From positions 806,001-870,000 of the forward strand of contig CP120462.1 of the NCBI GenBank assembly GCA_034226945.1: DNA of 64,000 nt, in the 5' to 3' direction. Shown here in pieces: positions 33,557-46,541 of the stretch. Every line of letters starts with the position of its first letter. Positions within the stretch are counted from its first letter, which is position 1. Below the pieces are notes generated by a model. It was not told where the DNA came from, made no database searches, and saw only the letters and a list, made by a program, of their open reading frames with translations. The DNA comes from Picochlorum sp. SENEW3 (taxonomy: Eukaryota). The position numbers and the translations under genes were made by a program.

Positions 33557-34397
33557 CCAGTGTGGTTCCATACTCGTTGTGTACCCATTCAGTCTTCACG
33601 CGCGTATTACATTTATATATTGAGAAAAAAAGATATGAAACGCCAGTCCAGCAATCCATGTTCTGCGTCGCAGTCAGCAGCAATCTCTAGCGAGGAGGAG
33701 CTTTGACATCTCCTTGTCCTTCTGCAACGGCAGCAGGAGTAACGACGACTCAAATGGTATTCAGTGCCACCGCACTTGAATTCATCCATATCCAAGTTCA
33801 ACCGGACGCTTTCAATAGTTGTGTCTGAATCAGGCTTGCGTGCCTGTATCAGGCATCCCTGAACGTGTCCTAGCATGAATATATAAAAGGGTCCTCCTCG
33901 GCTCAGCCCCGGCACTGATCGATGCGGACCGTCGCGACGATGAGCAAACTCATCCCCCGATAGGACAGATAACCAACTCTCTCGCCTATTGTGTTATAGA
34001 ATCATATTTTTAGATATATAGATATCTGTCAAGTGAAATAGAGTACAGTATAGTCCAGTCAAAAATCGAAACGGTGTGGGTGAACATTGTTGCGCTGACG
34101 ACCCAAACAAGTACGGAGATACAAGTGCTTCAGTGCCTATAAGAACAGGCCCTTTCTCCACGAGAGTATTATTTCCGGCCTATAGCCGTGAGAATACAGT
34201 GCGTCGGCGTATTTGAGAAGATACATCCTCGAGGGATTCCACGTCGACGGGGTGGAAATAGAGTTATATTTGGATACTTGACAGTATCTTTTGATTCATA
34301 ACATTCTTATATTCGATTTTTTTGCACGCCTTGCTTGAGAAGGTGGATACATTGGCTTGGAAACGTCACGTGTCTGGTCGTGGAAGAACAATTTAAC

Positions 34398-36035
34398 ATG
34401 CCCAACACACGGAGTGATACACAGGCCCACAGGCTAGCAAATGATAATCAGCAGAATAATGATGTTCCTCCGACTAATTTGGAGATGACGTTTGATCTGA
34501 CAACGCCTGGGGAGGGCGATGGTGATTCGAGGCAGGGGAAAACTCAGACTCCTGGAAAGTCAGTCTCGAAAACTGTGACTGATACCATTGTCGGTGAGCA
34601 TGAACACACTATTGTGGGATATAGCTTGATAAAAGGGATTGGCGATGGTGAGCCTATTGCATCCGAGAGATTTGAGGTGGGGGGCCATGAGTGGGTGTTG
34701 CTGTTTTACCCTGATGGTAAGAGAAGTTCCGCCGAGGTGCAGCATGGACTGAACATGGCTGCATCAGCTCCGAATGCTGCTAATAATAATGCGGTGGGAG
34801 GGACAACGCTTGATGCCAGACGTGCGTCTGGGCAGATGGAAGGGGCTGGGAGAGATCAAGGAGCAGGAGCGGGGGCTGTGGGGCAGCCAGCACCTGTTGC
34901 AACAGCTGCAGGTGGCCAGCCAGAGGAGGTCCTTACACCAGTAATACCTGTGCATAATGTTGGGCATAATGTTGGGAATGATTACTGTGCATTATTTGTC
35001 GCTCTCATAGGAGAAACAGATTCTCCTCAGGGTGTGGTGAGCACATCTGAGGGGCGCGTGGTCAGAGCATTCCACAGATTCACATTGGTGGATCAGACAA
35101 ATCGAAATCTTGATGTTTCGAAGGGGAGAAGGAGGGATCAGGGTGCAGTCAAGATTAGCTGCGCTCGGCAGGATCCAAATGCAAGAAATTGCCATGGGTA
35201 TAGAAAGTTTGTCAAGAAGAGCCTTTTGGAAGATCCAGGAAGAGGGCTCCTGGTCAATGATACTATTGTGATTCGATATCAGATTGAGCTTGTTGTTTCA
35301 ACAGGGGGAGCCTTGTCAAGGCAAGTGCTCCCTGCAAAAACCCCAAAAGCAGTGGTGGTGCCTCCTCCAAATCTGGGAACAAATTTATTGCAGCTGTTTG
35401 AAGAGCACGTGTCCCCAGATGTTGTTTTCAACGTGGACGATTTGAAGATGGAAGCACACAAGATTATACTGTCAGCACGGTCGCCCGTCTTCAAGGCACT
35501 GTTGACAGGTCCTATGAAAGAGGGAAAGCAAGATGTGGTCACCATCAAGGATGTTCGCGCACCAGTCTTTAAGACACTCCTCTATTTCGCATATGCGGAT
35601 GTGCTGCCGCCAGAACTCCAAGACTCAAAGTTGGATGTACCAATGGCCCAGCACCTTTTGGCAGCTGCTGACAGATTTCAGCTGATTCGGTTGCGTTGCA
35701 TCTGCGAGCAGCGACTGTGTGATTCTGTCGCAGTAGAAACGGTGGCAACAACCCTTGCCTTGGCAGAGCAAAATAATGCGAGAGAGCTGAAAAGGGTCTG
35801 TTTGGAGTTTGTATCAAAACACTTGCAAGCAGTCATGGCCACAGAGGGGTATGAGTATTTGATAAAGACATGTCCACAACTCCAGAGCGAGCTTTTGACG
35901 GTCATTGCCACGACACCTCCCACAGTCTCGCATTACAGATCCCGGACACACGTTGGGCAAGTTCATGCCCGCCATGAGGAATCTCCTGTTGGAGATTTAA
36001 TAGTGCACAGAAGGGTCCGTCCAAGGAGGGAATAA
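34398..36035 (+). CDS. MATH-BTB (BPM/SPOP-like) Cullin3 adaptor
   Basis: H...GYSL.KGIG.G..IASERF.VGGH.W...FYPDGK, AHKIILSARSPVF, MAQHLLAAADRF.L.RL...CE. Confidence 0.92.
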   Translation: MPNTRSDTQAHRLANDNQQNNDVPPTNLEMTFDLTTPGEGDGDSRQGKTQTPGKSVSKTVTDTIVGEHEHTIVGYSLIKGIGDGEPIASERFEVGGHEWVLLFYPDGKRSSAEVQHGLNMAASAPNAANNNAVGGTTLDARRASGQMEGAGRDQGAGAGAVGQPAPVATAAGGQPEEVLTPVIPVHNVGHNVGNDYCALFVALIGETDSPQGVVSTSEGRVVRAFHRFTLVDQTNRNLDVSKGRRRDQGAVKISCARQDPNARNCHGYRKFVKKSLLEDPGRGLLVNDTIVIRYQIELVVSTGGALSRQVLPAKTPKAVVVPPPNLGTNLLQLFEEHVSPDVVFNVDDLKMEAHKIILSARSPVFKALLTGPMKEGKQDVVTIKDVRAPVFKTLLYFAYADVLPPELQDSKLDVPMAQHLLAAADRFQLIRLRCICEQRLCDSVAVETVATTLALAEQNNARELKRVCLEFVSKHLQAVMATEGYEYLIKTCPQLQSELLTVIATTPPTVSHYRSRTHVGQVHARHEESPVGDLIVHRRVRPRRE

Positions 36036-36129
36036 GTTGGTTTGATTTTCTAGTTCTATTTGTTTTTTCCATCTCATATACTCATAAATATATATATTAA
36101 GTAGTACAATATAACAACTGGCGCATGCA

Positions 36130-36867
36130 TCATCGAAACCGTGTTTGAGATTTCAAATGGGCAGCTCTCTCAGTCAACTTTGGATCAAGCTGCCTCTTTT
36201 GTTGCTGCTGCTCTCCCTTCTTCGCTGCAGCAGCTGCAGCCTGCTGTGCATACTGCCTATATCGAGCTAATGCGGGATCCAAAGGACTTGGACGTGGGCG
36301 TGCAAATGCCCATCTGCTCAAAACCAGAGCAAGCACCCCAGCAACTGCAATACCACCAGCAGCCCATCGCCTCTCGTGAATTTTTCTATCTACGATGACT
36401 TTACCAAGCGCAAGTATCCCTACAGCAATTGGTATCATCTTGATTGCAGCCCATGTACCCAAATCGCACAGGCCTTGGAAATACATTGAGATTGCCATTG
36501 TTGAGAATGGAAAGCACACAATCAAAATCTTGAGAAATCCAGCCAGGACAAATACCGAGCCCGCTGTCCGTAAACCTTCTGGAATGGCAATTGCATTCTT
36601 GGGCTCTCCCGGAGCCCCATCTTCCCGCGCTCTCGTTACAATAAAAGGCGTTTTCTGCTGAACACACACACAGAAAATTGTCTTAGAAACAGCACAGATC
36701 TCGTACGCACAATGGATGCAGACCAATGTTTCATAACTAAAGTTACATACAGATAGATTTGGTTGGATTACCGTGGGGATTCGTTTCGGGAGCGTTTGAA
36801 ACAAGCCCAAAGTTCGGTTTGTCACGCAATGACAGTGTTTTATTGCAATCATGGCTCTATATGGCAT
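36130..36867 (-). CDS. Hypothetical membrane protein, probably plastid-targeted; likely in-frame intron about 36750-36658
   Basis: Transit-like N-terminus, 3-4 hydrophobic segments, GTATGT...TTCAG intron signals. Confidence 0.55.
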   Translation of the reverse strand: MPYRAMIAIKHCHCVTNRTLGLFQTLPKRIPTVIQPNLSVCNFSYETLVCIHCAYEICAVSKTIFCVCVQQKTPFIVTRAREDGAPGEPKNAIAIPEGLRTAGSVFVLAGFLKILIVCFPFSTMAISMYFQGLCDLGTWAAIKMIPIAVGILALGKVIVDRKIHERRWAAGGIAVAGVLALVLSRWAFARPRPSPLDPALARYRQYAQQAAAAAAKKGEQQQQKRQLDPKLTERAAHLKSQTRFR

Positions 36868-36895
36868 TCATTCATTCAGAAAATATTTTATATTT

Positions 36896-38473
36896 TTATT
36901 CACGTTTCATTGCTGTAAGAAAATTCTTTAGAATGGTTATTTCAGAGTCTCGAAGGATCTTGGCTGCCTCCTGGACCGAATTCATTTCTGCCTGACCATA
37001 TGCCATCAGCCTCCGTTCTGTGGCCTCGATCAATGAGTCTGTAAGATTTTGAGTCATATCAGATACCAGAGAATCAGCGATATGGTGCTGCTTCACGAGG
37101 GAACTCTCGATGTGGGAGAGTGCCCATGACATGGACACTGGCTCTGGGTTGTTGAGTGCCTCTGTGGCATGCGTGGATAGAAACTCTTCCACTGGATCAA
37201 CATCTACTCCACAGAGCCCATGTATCATTGTTATTAGGTATACTAGGATGGAAACGCTAATATGTCCATTTGGATGAAGATGAAATGGCTCGTCGTCGCT
37301 CTCATCTGCAAGCATGGTTTGTTCCACAAGTATCTGCTGAATAGAGTCGTATACATTCTTCCCCTGGATCTTCCGGCGCTTGGCCGTACGTTTGACTAAA
37401 TTTTCAACTGCTGAAAAGACACAGATCTTATCCAGACTGACGAACGTGAAGGGATTTTCAGGTACACAAAAACCATACTTTTTCACCAGCTCTGCATTGC
37501 CAAGTTCTCCATATGTATTGAAGATCTCCTTTCCTCGCTCGATTGGAGAAGCAGCTATTATTTTTAGGGAATTGTTTTCAGTATCATCAATGATAGCTAT
37601 ATGAAGGCGTAATGGAAGCTGATTCGCTTGCTTCATACCACACATGGTGAAGTCTTCATCTTCTTGTGGGCAAGGCAAAAGTTGTAGACCTGCAGTGGAA
37701 TCATCATCATCATCATGTTCTTCTTCCTCTTCTCCTCCTCCTCCTTCTTCTTCTCCACTGTGATATGAGCTGTCGGAAGAAGTGTCTTCGGCTCCATGGA
37801 TTGCATAATCGTCACTCAGTTTCACGATGGACACTTTATGGTTGAATACATCAGCTAGAGGCACCATGCCATCTCCGTGTTCTTCATCCACAGCAAAAGC
37901 CCTTGATGCCACGAGGGATGCCGCATTTTTAAACGCCTCTAGACTCGTATCTGATACATTTCTAAATGCTTCTGGATACTTTTGCATCAGCGGCACCACG
38001 TGCTGCTCGTAATCCTCTTCAATATCCCGTCTATCTGAATCTGTACATCCAAACACCTCTGTCCCTTGGAGCTGTTTCAGCTCCTCCTCCGACCAAAAGA
38101 TTGGCAAGTGCTCCCTCTCTCTCATCGACATGAAATACCCTGACCACTTGGATAGCTTTCCCAATCCTTTCTCATACCACACCGCAATCACCAAGCCAAG
38201 CCCACCTGCCAACCCTTCTTCTGCCAAGATGTCAGTGAGCTCTGTCGTATACACCGTTATGCATGCTTCTTTCGGAATAGTCGCCAACGTTTCTCCTTGA
38301 TCCACATCAGACACAGCCTCAATCAGCATGGCTCCCGGCTGCGATCCAATCACTTTGATGGCTTGGGTGTTGTAAATAATATGCATGGACTCCATCCATG
38401 AGCAAAATACTTTAGCTGTTTTTTTTTGTGCCCCCATGACGCTCAAATGTGCCATGCATGAATTCTCATACAA
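36896..38473 (-). CDS. SET-domain protein lysine methyltransferase (SETD6/Rkm-like)
   Basis: LPIFW..EEL..LQGT, ASLVASRAF, MVPLADVFNH, EIFNTYGELGNAELVKKYGF. Confidence 0.88.
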   Translation of the reverse strand: MYENSCMAHLSVMGAQKKTAKVFCSWMESMHIIYNTQAIKVIGSQPGAMLIEAVSDVDQGETLATIPKEACITVYTTELTDILAEEGLAGGLGLVIAVWYEKGLGKLSKWSGYFMSMREREHLPIFWSEEELKQLQGTEVFGCTDSDRRDIEEDYEQHVVPLMQKYPEAFRNVSDTSLEAFKNAASLVASRAFAVDEEHGDGMVPLADVFNHKVSIVKLSDDYAIHGAEDTSSDSSYHSGEEEGGGGEEEEEHDDDDDSTAGLQLLPCPQEDEDFTMCGMKQANQLPLRLHIAIIDDTENNSLKIIAASPIERGKEIFNTYGELGNAELVKKYGFCVPENPFTFVSLDKICVFSAVENLVKRTAKRRKIQGKNVYDSIQQILVEQTMLADESDDEPFHLHPNGHISVSILVYLITMIHGLCGVDVDPVEEFLSTHATEALNNPEPVSMSWALSHIESSLVKQHHIADSLVSDMTQNLTDSLIEATERRLMAYGQAEMNSVQEAAKILRDSEITILKNFLTAMKRE

Positions 38474-38749
38474 GCCGACACATTATTCCTGATTTTAAGC
38501 TAGTAGATGAAGCCAATCAGCACCATAGTAGGCCAAATGCATGCAATGATTCCTTCGGGGATTGTCAAGGGCATGCGATATGGGCTGGCCTCCCATCAAA
38601 TTGGCATTCGACCGATTGGATCATCGACGGCGGCGAGACCACCCATCTCCATATGGGAATGCATACATGGCAATGCTCAGTTCACCGATACGCCCCTCTT
38701 CGATTAATTAATTAATCTTGAACCAATACTTCAAACATTTTGAATTACT

Positions 38750-40609
<1,860 letters not shown>

Positions 40610-40624
40610 TTCATAGCCAATGTA

Positions 40625-40808
40625 AAACATTATAACCTCCACTCATGTGTCTGTATTTTTCGATATAATTGAATCTTCACATCTTATTTTCGACGGAGGC
40701 TCGCCATCTCTACTTCCTCACCTTTAAAAATTGTTTTTCTGTGAGCAGTCAAACTAGAGCCTATCAACTCCACGATTTCTTCCTGCCAAACAGTATCTGC
40801 AGCAGTGA
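40625..40808 (-). pseudogene. Decayed copy of the 3' end of the METTL21-like gene (44666-44913)
   Basis: Colinear blocks tataattgaatctt, tctacttcctca, agtcaaac..agcctatcaactc and ccaaa...gcagca.tga, with indels. Confidence 0.75.
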
Positions 40809-41188
40809 GGTGTTATGCTCGGGTATGCCAAAATAGTGGAGCTCCTGATCATTAAATAAATTCAAAGTTCCTCATGGGAAGGTAAAAGTCGGTGGGAAAT
40901 CCTTGAGGTCTTGAGTACCTCTCATGGTGCACCACATTATTATTACAAACTCAATAATGTACAGATCTACTGAAATGAGAAATTAGTTCGAATTCGCTAT
41001 TAGATAATTCCCAAAAACTAATGATGAGATAATTCAAGTACATGCAAATTGCACGATGCAACACACTAGTGTGCAGCAGTACTGCTCAGCATGGTCAAGA
41101 TTTCATAGTTAAAATAAACGCGCTAAAAATACTCTACAAGACTTTCGAAATTCGAAAGTATACACGATATCTCTTGAGTTTTCATGCT

Positions 41189-43471
41189 TCAAACAATTCC
41201 AGTTGCATCTCCCTTCTTCACCATGGAGGGATAGCTTATATCCTCCTCCTCGCTCGACTTTCTCTCGGCTTTTGAGTGGCTTGCATCCTCTTCACTAATC
41301 AGGTCATCAACCTTCTCAGCATGGTGCAGACGTACCGCACGTACCGAGACATTGTCTTCTTCACTCACTGGTAATATCAGGTGTAAGAACATGGCAATAA
41401 GAGTTCCAATGGCATATCCTGTCGACAAAATTATGACGACAGTGCTGCGAAGACCCCTCAAGCCAGCACTCATGTTTGGATCCAAAGGCCACAGTCCATT
41501 AGCACTTGCAGCCCATTGGGGGACAATCGTGACACCAACACCAATAGACATTGCCATGGCAATGATGAATCGATTCCGACGGGTAATGAAATTCATGCTG
41601 ATAACACGAATGCCTGATACAAGAACATTAGCAAAAAGGAACCTGCAGCGCAAAAATTGTATTGCATTGAATCATCATGCACTACTCTTTCAGTCGCATT
41701 TTGATTCATCACGGTCAACGTACGTCGTCATTCCACCAAGAACACAATTAGGTATGGACACGAAAAATGCTCCGACCTTGGCAAAGATTCCAGATAGTAT
41801 CAGGAAAAATCCACAAGCATATCCAGCACCACGACTGGCACATCCTGTCAGACTGATCACTCCGTTATTCTGTGAAAAAGTTGTATTTGGAGTACTCATT
41901 CCAAGAGTACTGAAGAGAGTACTCACACCGTCACCAAGAATACCTCCTTGAATTCTCTTGTCATGCTCTTCTCCCTCAGGGAAAAGCCCAGAGGCCTCCT
42001 CTGTTGCTGAAATGTCTCCTATCGACTCGACAGCAGTGATGACGTATGCAATAATGGACGGTATAATCAGAGGCCAATATATCTTCAACGGGAAGGTGGT
42101 GGTCCACAAGAATGTAACCACGGGGGCATTGTCCATGATATCTGTTGTCCAGTAACTGTTGCCATCTACTTTGATGACAGCGGATAGGAAGCAGCTGCAA
42201 AGTCAGTAGCAAAAGCAATGCTCAATTAGAAGAAGCAAAAGTAAAAGTATAAGATTGTCATATGGCTCAAGAAGAGCAAGGTTGAATGGAGATGGTAGGC
42301 AATACACAAAATAAAACCTACCCAAACAAAAGTCCTAAGACAACACTACCATTTCTCATGAATGGAGAACCAAAGAGCTCAATCAGGATCATGAATCCTG
42401 CCACTGCCCATCCCATTCCAAAATAGGCTCCTCGACCGAAAAACTCCACAACATCACCATTTCCAGGGGAGCACTTTGGGATGATTGGGGATGCATAGCA
42501 TGTCCCAACACTTGAGAATCCATCTGGGGCTGTTGCATTTTCAACATAGCATTCATCACCCAATTCCGGAGGAGGTAAAATCCCCCTAAAGTTATCTGCG
42601 CAGAACACACCACCACCCCAATTCTTAATTCCAGAGCCAACAAGACCAATACCAATGAGACTTATAGCAACGCCTGATACAAGAGGAGGAACTGCACGGC
42701 GCATGACACGATGAGGAATGAAGGCGATAGCCATCTCAACAATCGAAAACAGAGCAAACGTTCCCAGAACGTAGCCATAAGCTTCATTCCAGGATCTTCC
42801 GTCTTCGGTTGCTTGCAAAACCAACGCTTCCTGAGCGATGGGAAGCCATGTGAAACTTGTCCCCATGACTGAAAGCAAACCGGTTCCAAGCTGAAATCTC
42901 TTTCCGATCGGAATGCCACTCACTTGAAGCCAGGTGCAAAGCCCAGAGGCAATGAGTGCAGCATTTACAAGGTACGTCGCCACGTCATTGTCTCGCTCTC
43001 CAAATGTTGCAAAAGTTGTGTTGTAAATAAGCAGCGGTGGGGTAATAATTCTGCAATTTGCATGGATACATGATAGGTGAATGAATCGATTGATCATCTA
43101 AGACTGCATCGTCTTCAAACATTTGAATGACAGCAACGAATCAAATGGGGAAACCCGTATGTGCGCTCAAAATGGCAGTGGATCTGGGTGTAATAAACAC
43201 TTCATTGTTGTCATTCACAAGTAGCAAGCATCTCTTGCACGTACCCACCGACACAGGCCATGAAATGCTGCAGACCTGTCACCAATGCCAGCATAAGGCC
43301 CAAAAAATCATCTTTGCCGTATGTCGGTTGAGGTTTGCGGCTGTCCTTGGACCAAGGGTTCAACTTTGGCATGCACAGGAATTTGTAATCATAATCCCCC
43401 AGGAAAATCTCCCTGGTGGGTCTATCAAGAAATTCAGGCTTCTTGAATTCAGGCCTCTTCATGCTGACCAT
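41189..43471 (-). CDS. NCS2/NAT uric acid-xanthine permease (UapA-like), 4 exons
   Basis: GLQHFMACVGGIITPP, GLLSVMGTSF, ESIGDI.AT, NAT signature QNNGVISLTG. Introns 43244-43051, 42321-42195, 41723-41643. Confidence 0.93.
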
Positions 43472-44527
43472 GATCTCGACGCACGATCTGACTCTGCAGA
43501 AGAACAAAAAACAACATCATCCAACATTACATTCGTTTAACTATCGATTGATCCTACGCCTACGCCAGTGCCCCAAGCATTCAGTCAAGACACTATAACG
43601 CTAGGGTTATACCTGCATCTGTATCGACCTGTCGGGAACCGGCCTAGACCGGCATCGGTCGCGGTGGAGTATTCCACAACTGACCAGCTGGTTCAAGTCA
43701 AATGTAACCCTACCCCCATGTTTCTCTCATAATTTTCCATTACAATGACCAAAACACACCTTTTATATGCTTGTATCTTCTTGTGAACGCTTGAGCAAGA
43801 TTCTGAACCTCAAACCTCTAGGGCAAAAAGAGGTGCAGGTACTCCACTGGTTTCGTGTATACCTTGTAGGGATTTGTAATCAATTGGATACTACTATAGT
43901 CCCGTGCAATATATTTATTTTGCAATTCAAATGGTTTGCTTTTCATCAAACTGACACTTTCGGTGTGGGATTGCTACCCTAAACCCTCATGCATCATCAA
44001 GCCCTAACATCAGGGACGTCAGGTGTGTCTTGTACAGGAAAGACACAGGCATACAGCCTGCGATTCGATCCCGGAGAGCGTTTTGAGTTGATACTCGTCG
44101 TACTGTCTTATTTCAAAAGGTTTTTGTAAACGTTCTATCAATTTTTCATCCATCCTCGTGACCGTGGCGATGGATTTTGGTGTGGATATCAACCGATACC
44201 ACAGACAGGTACACAAGCGGTTCTCTAGATGATTGTACACTTTCTGCGCCCCCCGAAAATCCTCCATCATCAGAGTACAGACTGAAATATGACAATACGT
44301 TCTAGTCAAAGATATATACACATGCGTGTATGATCATGGCGCACCATGGTCAGAAGGCACCTTTGGCTTTTGCAGATGCTGGTAGCGCTGAGGGCTCAAA
44401 ATCAGGATGTTCACATTGGCATACTTTGCAATTAAATAGCAAGATCAAGGTGTGGGAATAAAAGGAAAATTCCTGACGATATGCAACGCAGGTGCCAAAA
44501 ATAAAAACCCTATTGGTCAACTTAACT

Positions 44528-44655
44528 GGATGAGGTGTTCATCCAGTACATAATTGTGTAAAGCCCTTGCTCAGTAATAATCCACTGGTGTGAGTGCTGG
44601 TGGTGCCCGAACAGAGTATCGCAGACTGTCAATAAAAATGCATAGCCAATGTAAC
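44528..44655 (+). pseudogene. Decayed copy of the KARI 3' end and 3' UTR
   Basis: Encodes [13 protein letters not shown] versus [17 protein letters not shown], followed by catagccaatgtaa, which is also at 40613-40626. Confidence 0.85.
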
Positions 44656-44665
44656 ACACTGCCAT

Positions 44666-45334
44666 CTATTCATATGTATGTAATCTATATAATTGAATCT
44701 TTTCCCGTGGAGGTTCATCAACGGCCATGTCTACTTCCTCAACGACAAACCTGTTTCGCCTCAAGGAGTCAAACAACAGCCTATCAACTCTTCGAGTCCT
44801 ACTCTGATAGCTCAGGAAAAACACACAAGTGGGATTGTATTTAGCTATAAGTGACATTGTCTTCACAAATGGTTCCACAAGCTCCTCAAGCCAAATACAA
44901 TCCGCAGCAATGACCAAACCAAAAGGTTTCTGTAGCAGGTCAAGCGGAGGACATGTCCAATCACAGGCAGATACAGACACTCGAGAAGTAACCGTTGGGT
45001 TCAAGTGCACATTTCTACTCAGACTATCAAGCGCATCAGGGATATCCGTCAAGCAAACTTTTGCGCTTTCGAATAAGATTGCCAGTCCCAGGCCGGCAAC
45101 TCCACATCCAGCACCCAGCTCAAGGATCCTGTCAGGACATGACGCTGTACCCTGAACAAACGCTGCTTCGAAATGTCGAACAAGCACAATTGATCCATCC
45201 CATACACACCATGCTGTGCCTTGTCTTGTCTCACTACTGCCCTCTTCGTGTACAGTCACACGTTTCCTCCCACCCATAAGGACTAGGCCATTGTCGTACG
45301 TATCTCGATGTTCTGGGCCCGTGAGTAGCAGCAT
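44666..45334 (-). CDS. METTL21 / family-16 protein lysine methyltransferase
   Basis: GTAWCVWDGSIVL, ILELGAGCGVAGL, LTD, DW, VIAADCIW. Confidence 0.88.
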   Translation of the reverse strand: MLLLTGPEHRDTYDNGLVLMGGRKRVTVHEEGSSETRQGTAWCVWDGSIVLVRHFEAAFVQGTASCPDRILELGAGCGVAGLGLAILFESAKVCLTDIPDALDSLSRNVHLNPTVTSRVSVSACDWTCPPLDLLQKPFGLVIAADCIWLEELVEPFVKTMSLIAKYNPTCVFFLSYQSRTRRVDRLLFDSLRRNRFVVEEVDMAVDEPPREKIQLYRLHTYE

Positions 45335-45465
45335 TTTAAATATTTATACAAATTTTAACTGAATCTATCACAATACATACATATTGCTACATTATTGCTC
45401 GCGCAGCCTTCAAACCTGGCTCCACTACTATTAGACGTTGGCAGGCATATGGGAGCGATGTCCGA

Positions 45466-46173
45466 TTAAATTTTCACTTTGACCCATATCTCGTTTAATC
45501 TTGGAGATAAAGAATGCAATGGGCCATACTGCGCTAGTTGAAAATCAATAGAACCAGAGCCATCATCACTTACATCACCTGAGGTTTTGAAGGATGATGC
45601 AACACCCAAGCCATCTTCCTCAAGGTCTTGGAGCAATTCCTTCAGGGTTCTCTCGCATACCTCTTGCGTCGCATTCCCCTCAAATTTTTTAGCAGCGATC
45701 ACCTCACCTCCGGCTATATCGAGGTACACGCTCTGATTTTTTGGCAAAGGAGGGGTCCTGCTGCTCCCATCCAGATACACCTGCATTGTCTTCCTGTACC
45801 CATTCTTCGTTTTCCTGTACGTCATAACGATGGGATGTGTCTCTGGAAATTTTTCGCTGCTATCGTTGTCTCCACTCATATACGCTCCTAATGCCAGATA
45901 TCCATCCCCTCTGGAGCTGTACTGTGTTACTGCCACTGGATGAGGTTGGACCAACCTCAACGTATATCTGTCTTTCTTTTCAATCGGCGTGAAGGGGACC
46001 ATTGAGGTCTCGCATCGTATCGATATACTAGAAGAGTTACCATCAGGTTGCGTTCCTCTTCTCCGTGGCAATCTATGGCCCAGCAGCCGGACTACGTTTG
46101 TGGGTACCTTGCCACATGTTTTGGGCAGTCGCACGGATATGTGCCTCCTGTTCGCGATCCCCCCCAATATCAT
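45466..46173 (-). CDS. SOUL heme-binding family protein, plastid-type
   Basis: Y.LR, GY.ALGAYMSG.N, TMQVYL..PPLP.N..V, LAQYGP, R.NEIWV. Confidence 0.75.
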   Translation of the reverse strand: MILGGIANRRHISVRLPKTCGKVPTNVVRLLGHRLPRRRGTQPDGNSSSISIRCETSMVPFTPIEKKDRYTLRLVQPHPVAVTQYSSRGDGYLALGAYMSGDNDSSEKFPETHPIVMTYRKTKNGYRKTMQVYLDGSSRTPPLPKNQSVYLDIAGGEVIAAKKFEGNATQEVCERTLKELLQDLEEDGLGVASSFKTSGDVSDDGSGSIDFQLAQYGPLHSLSPRLNEIWVKVKI

Positions 46174-46541
46174 TGAGAAAATATATATTACTATTAAATC
46201 AGATTATAAGTACAATCAATGCTATTGATTTGCTGCGGCCATGTTTCAGTTCTGCAGACAATGCTGTCCCTGCTTGTTGGCCAAATGACTTGGAACTGAT
46301 CCACTCTTGGGGAGCAGTTGCTGTAGTCAATGCCATCAATTGTTTCTTTTCTTGAGACCTTACAAATGAACAAAATATCCGAAGTGTATAAAACATATGT
46401 ATATTCCATATCAACGTGTCTTTCATAGATTGATCATCAGCATGTGATGCATCATAATTGGCTTGGGCACATTTCTTGGGTGGGGATATTGATTGATGAG
46501 TGGAGTCTTGATGCGTCAATCAGAGAGAGAAATAGACCACT

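Noticed and set aside
33613..33960. 100-aa ORF and short hairpins between the frataxin-like and BPM genes
   Set aside because: No recognisable family or ncRNA consensus; compatible with divergent promoter or UTR sequence.
43635..43702. tRNA/SINE-like segment with a B-box-like GGTTCAAGTC
   Set aside because: No T-stem or acceptor-stem pairing, so a cloverleaf cannot be built.
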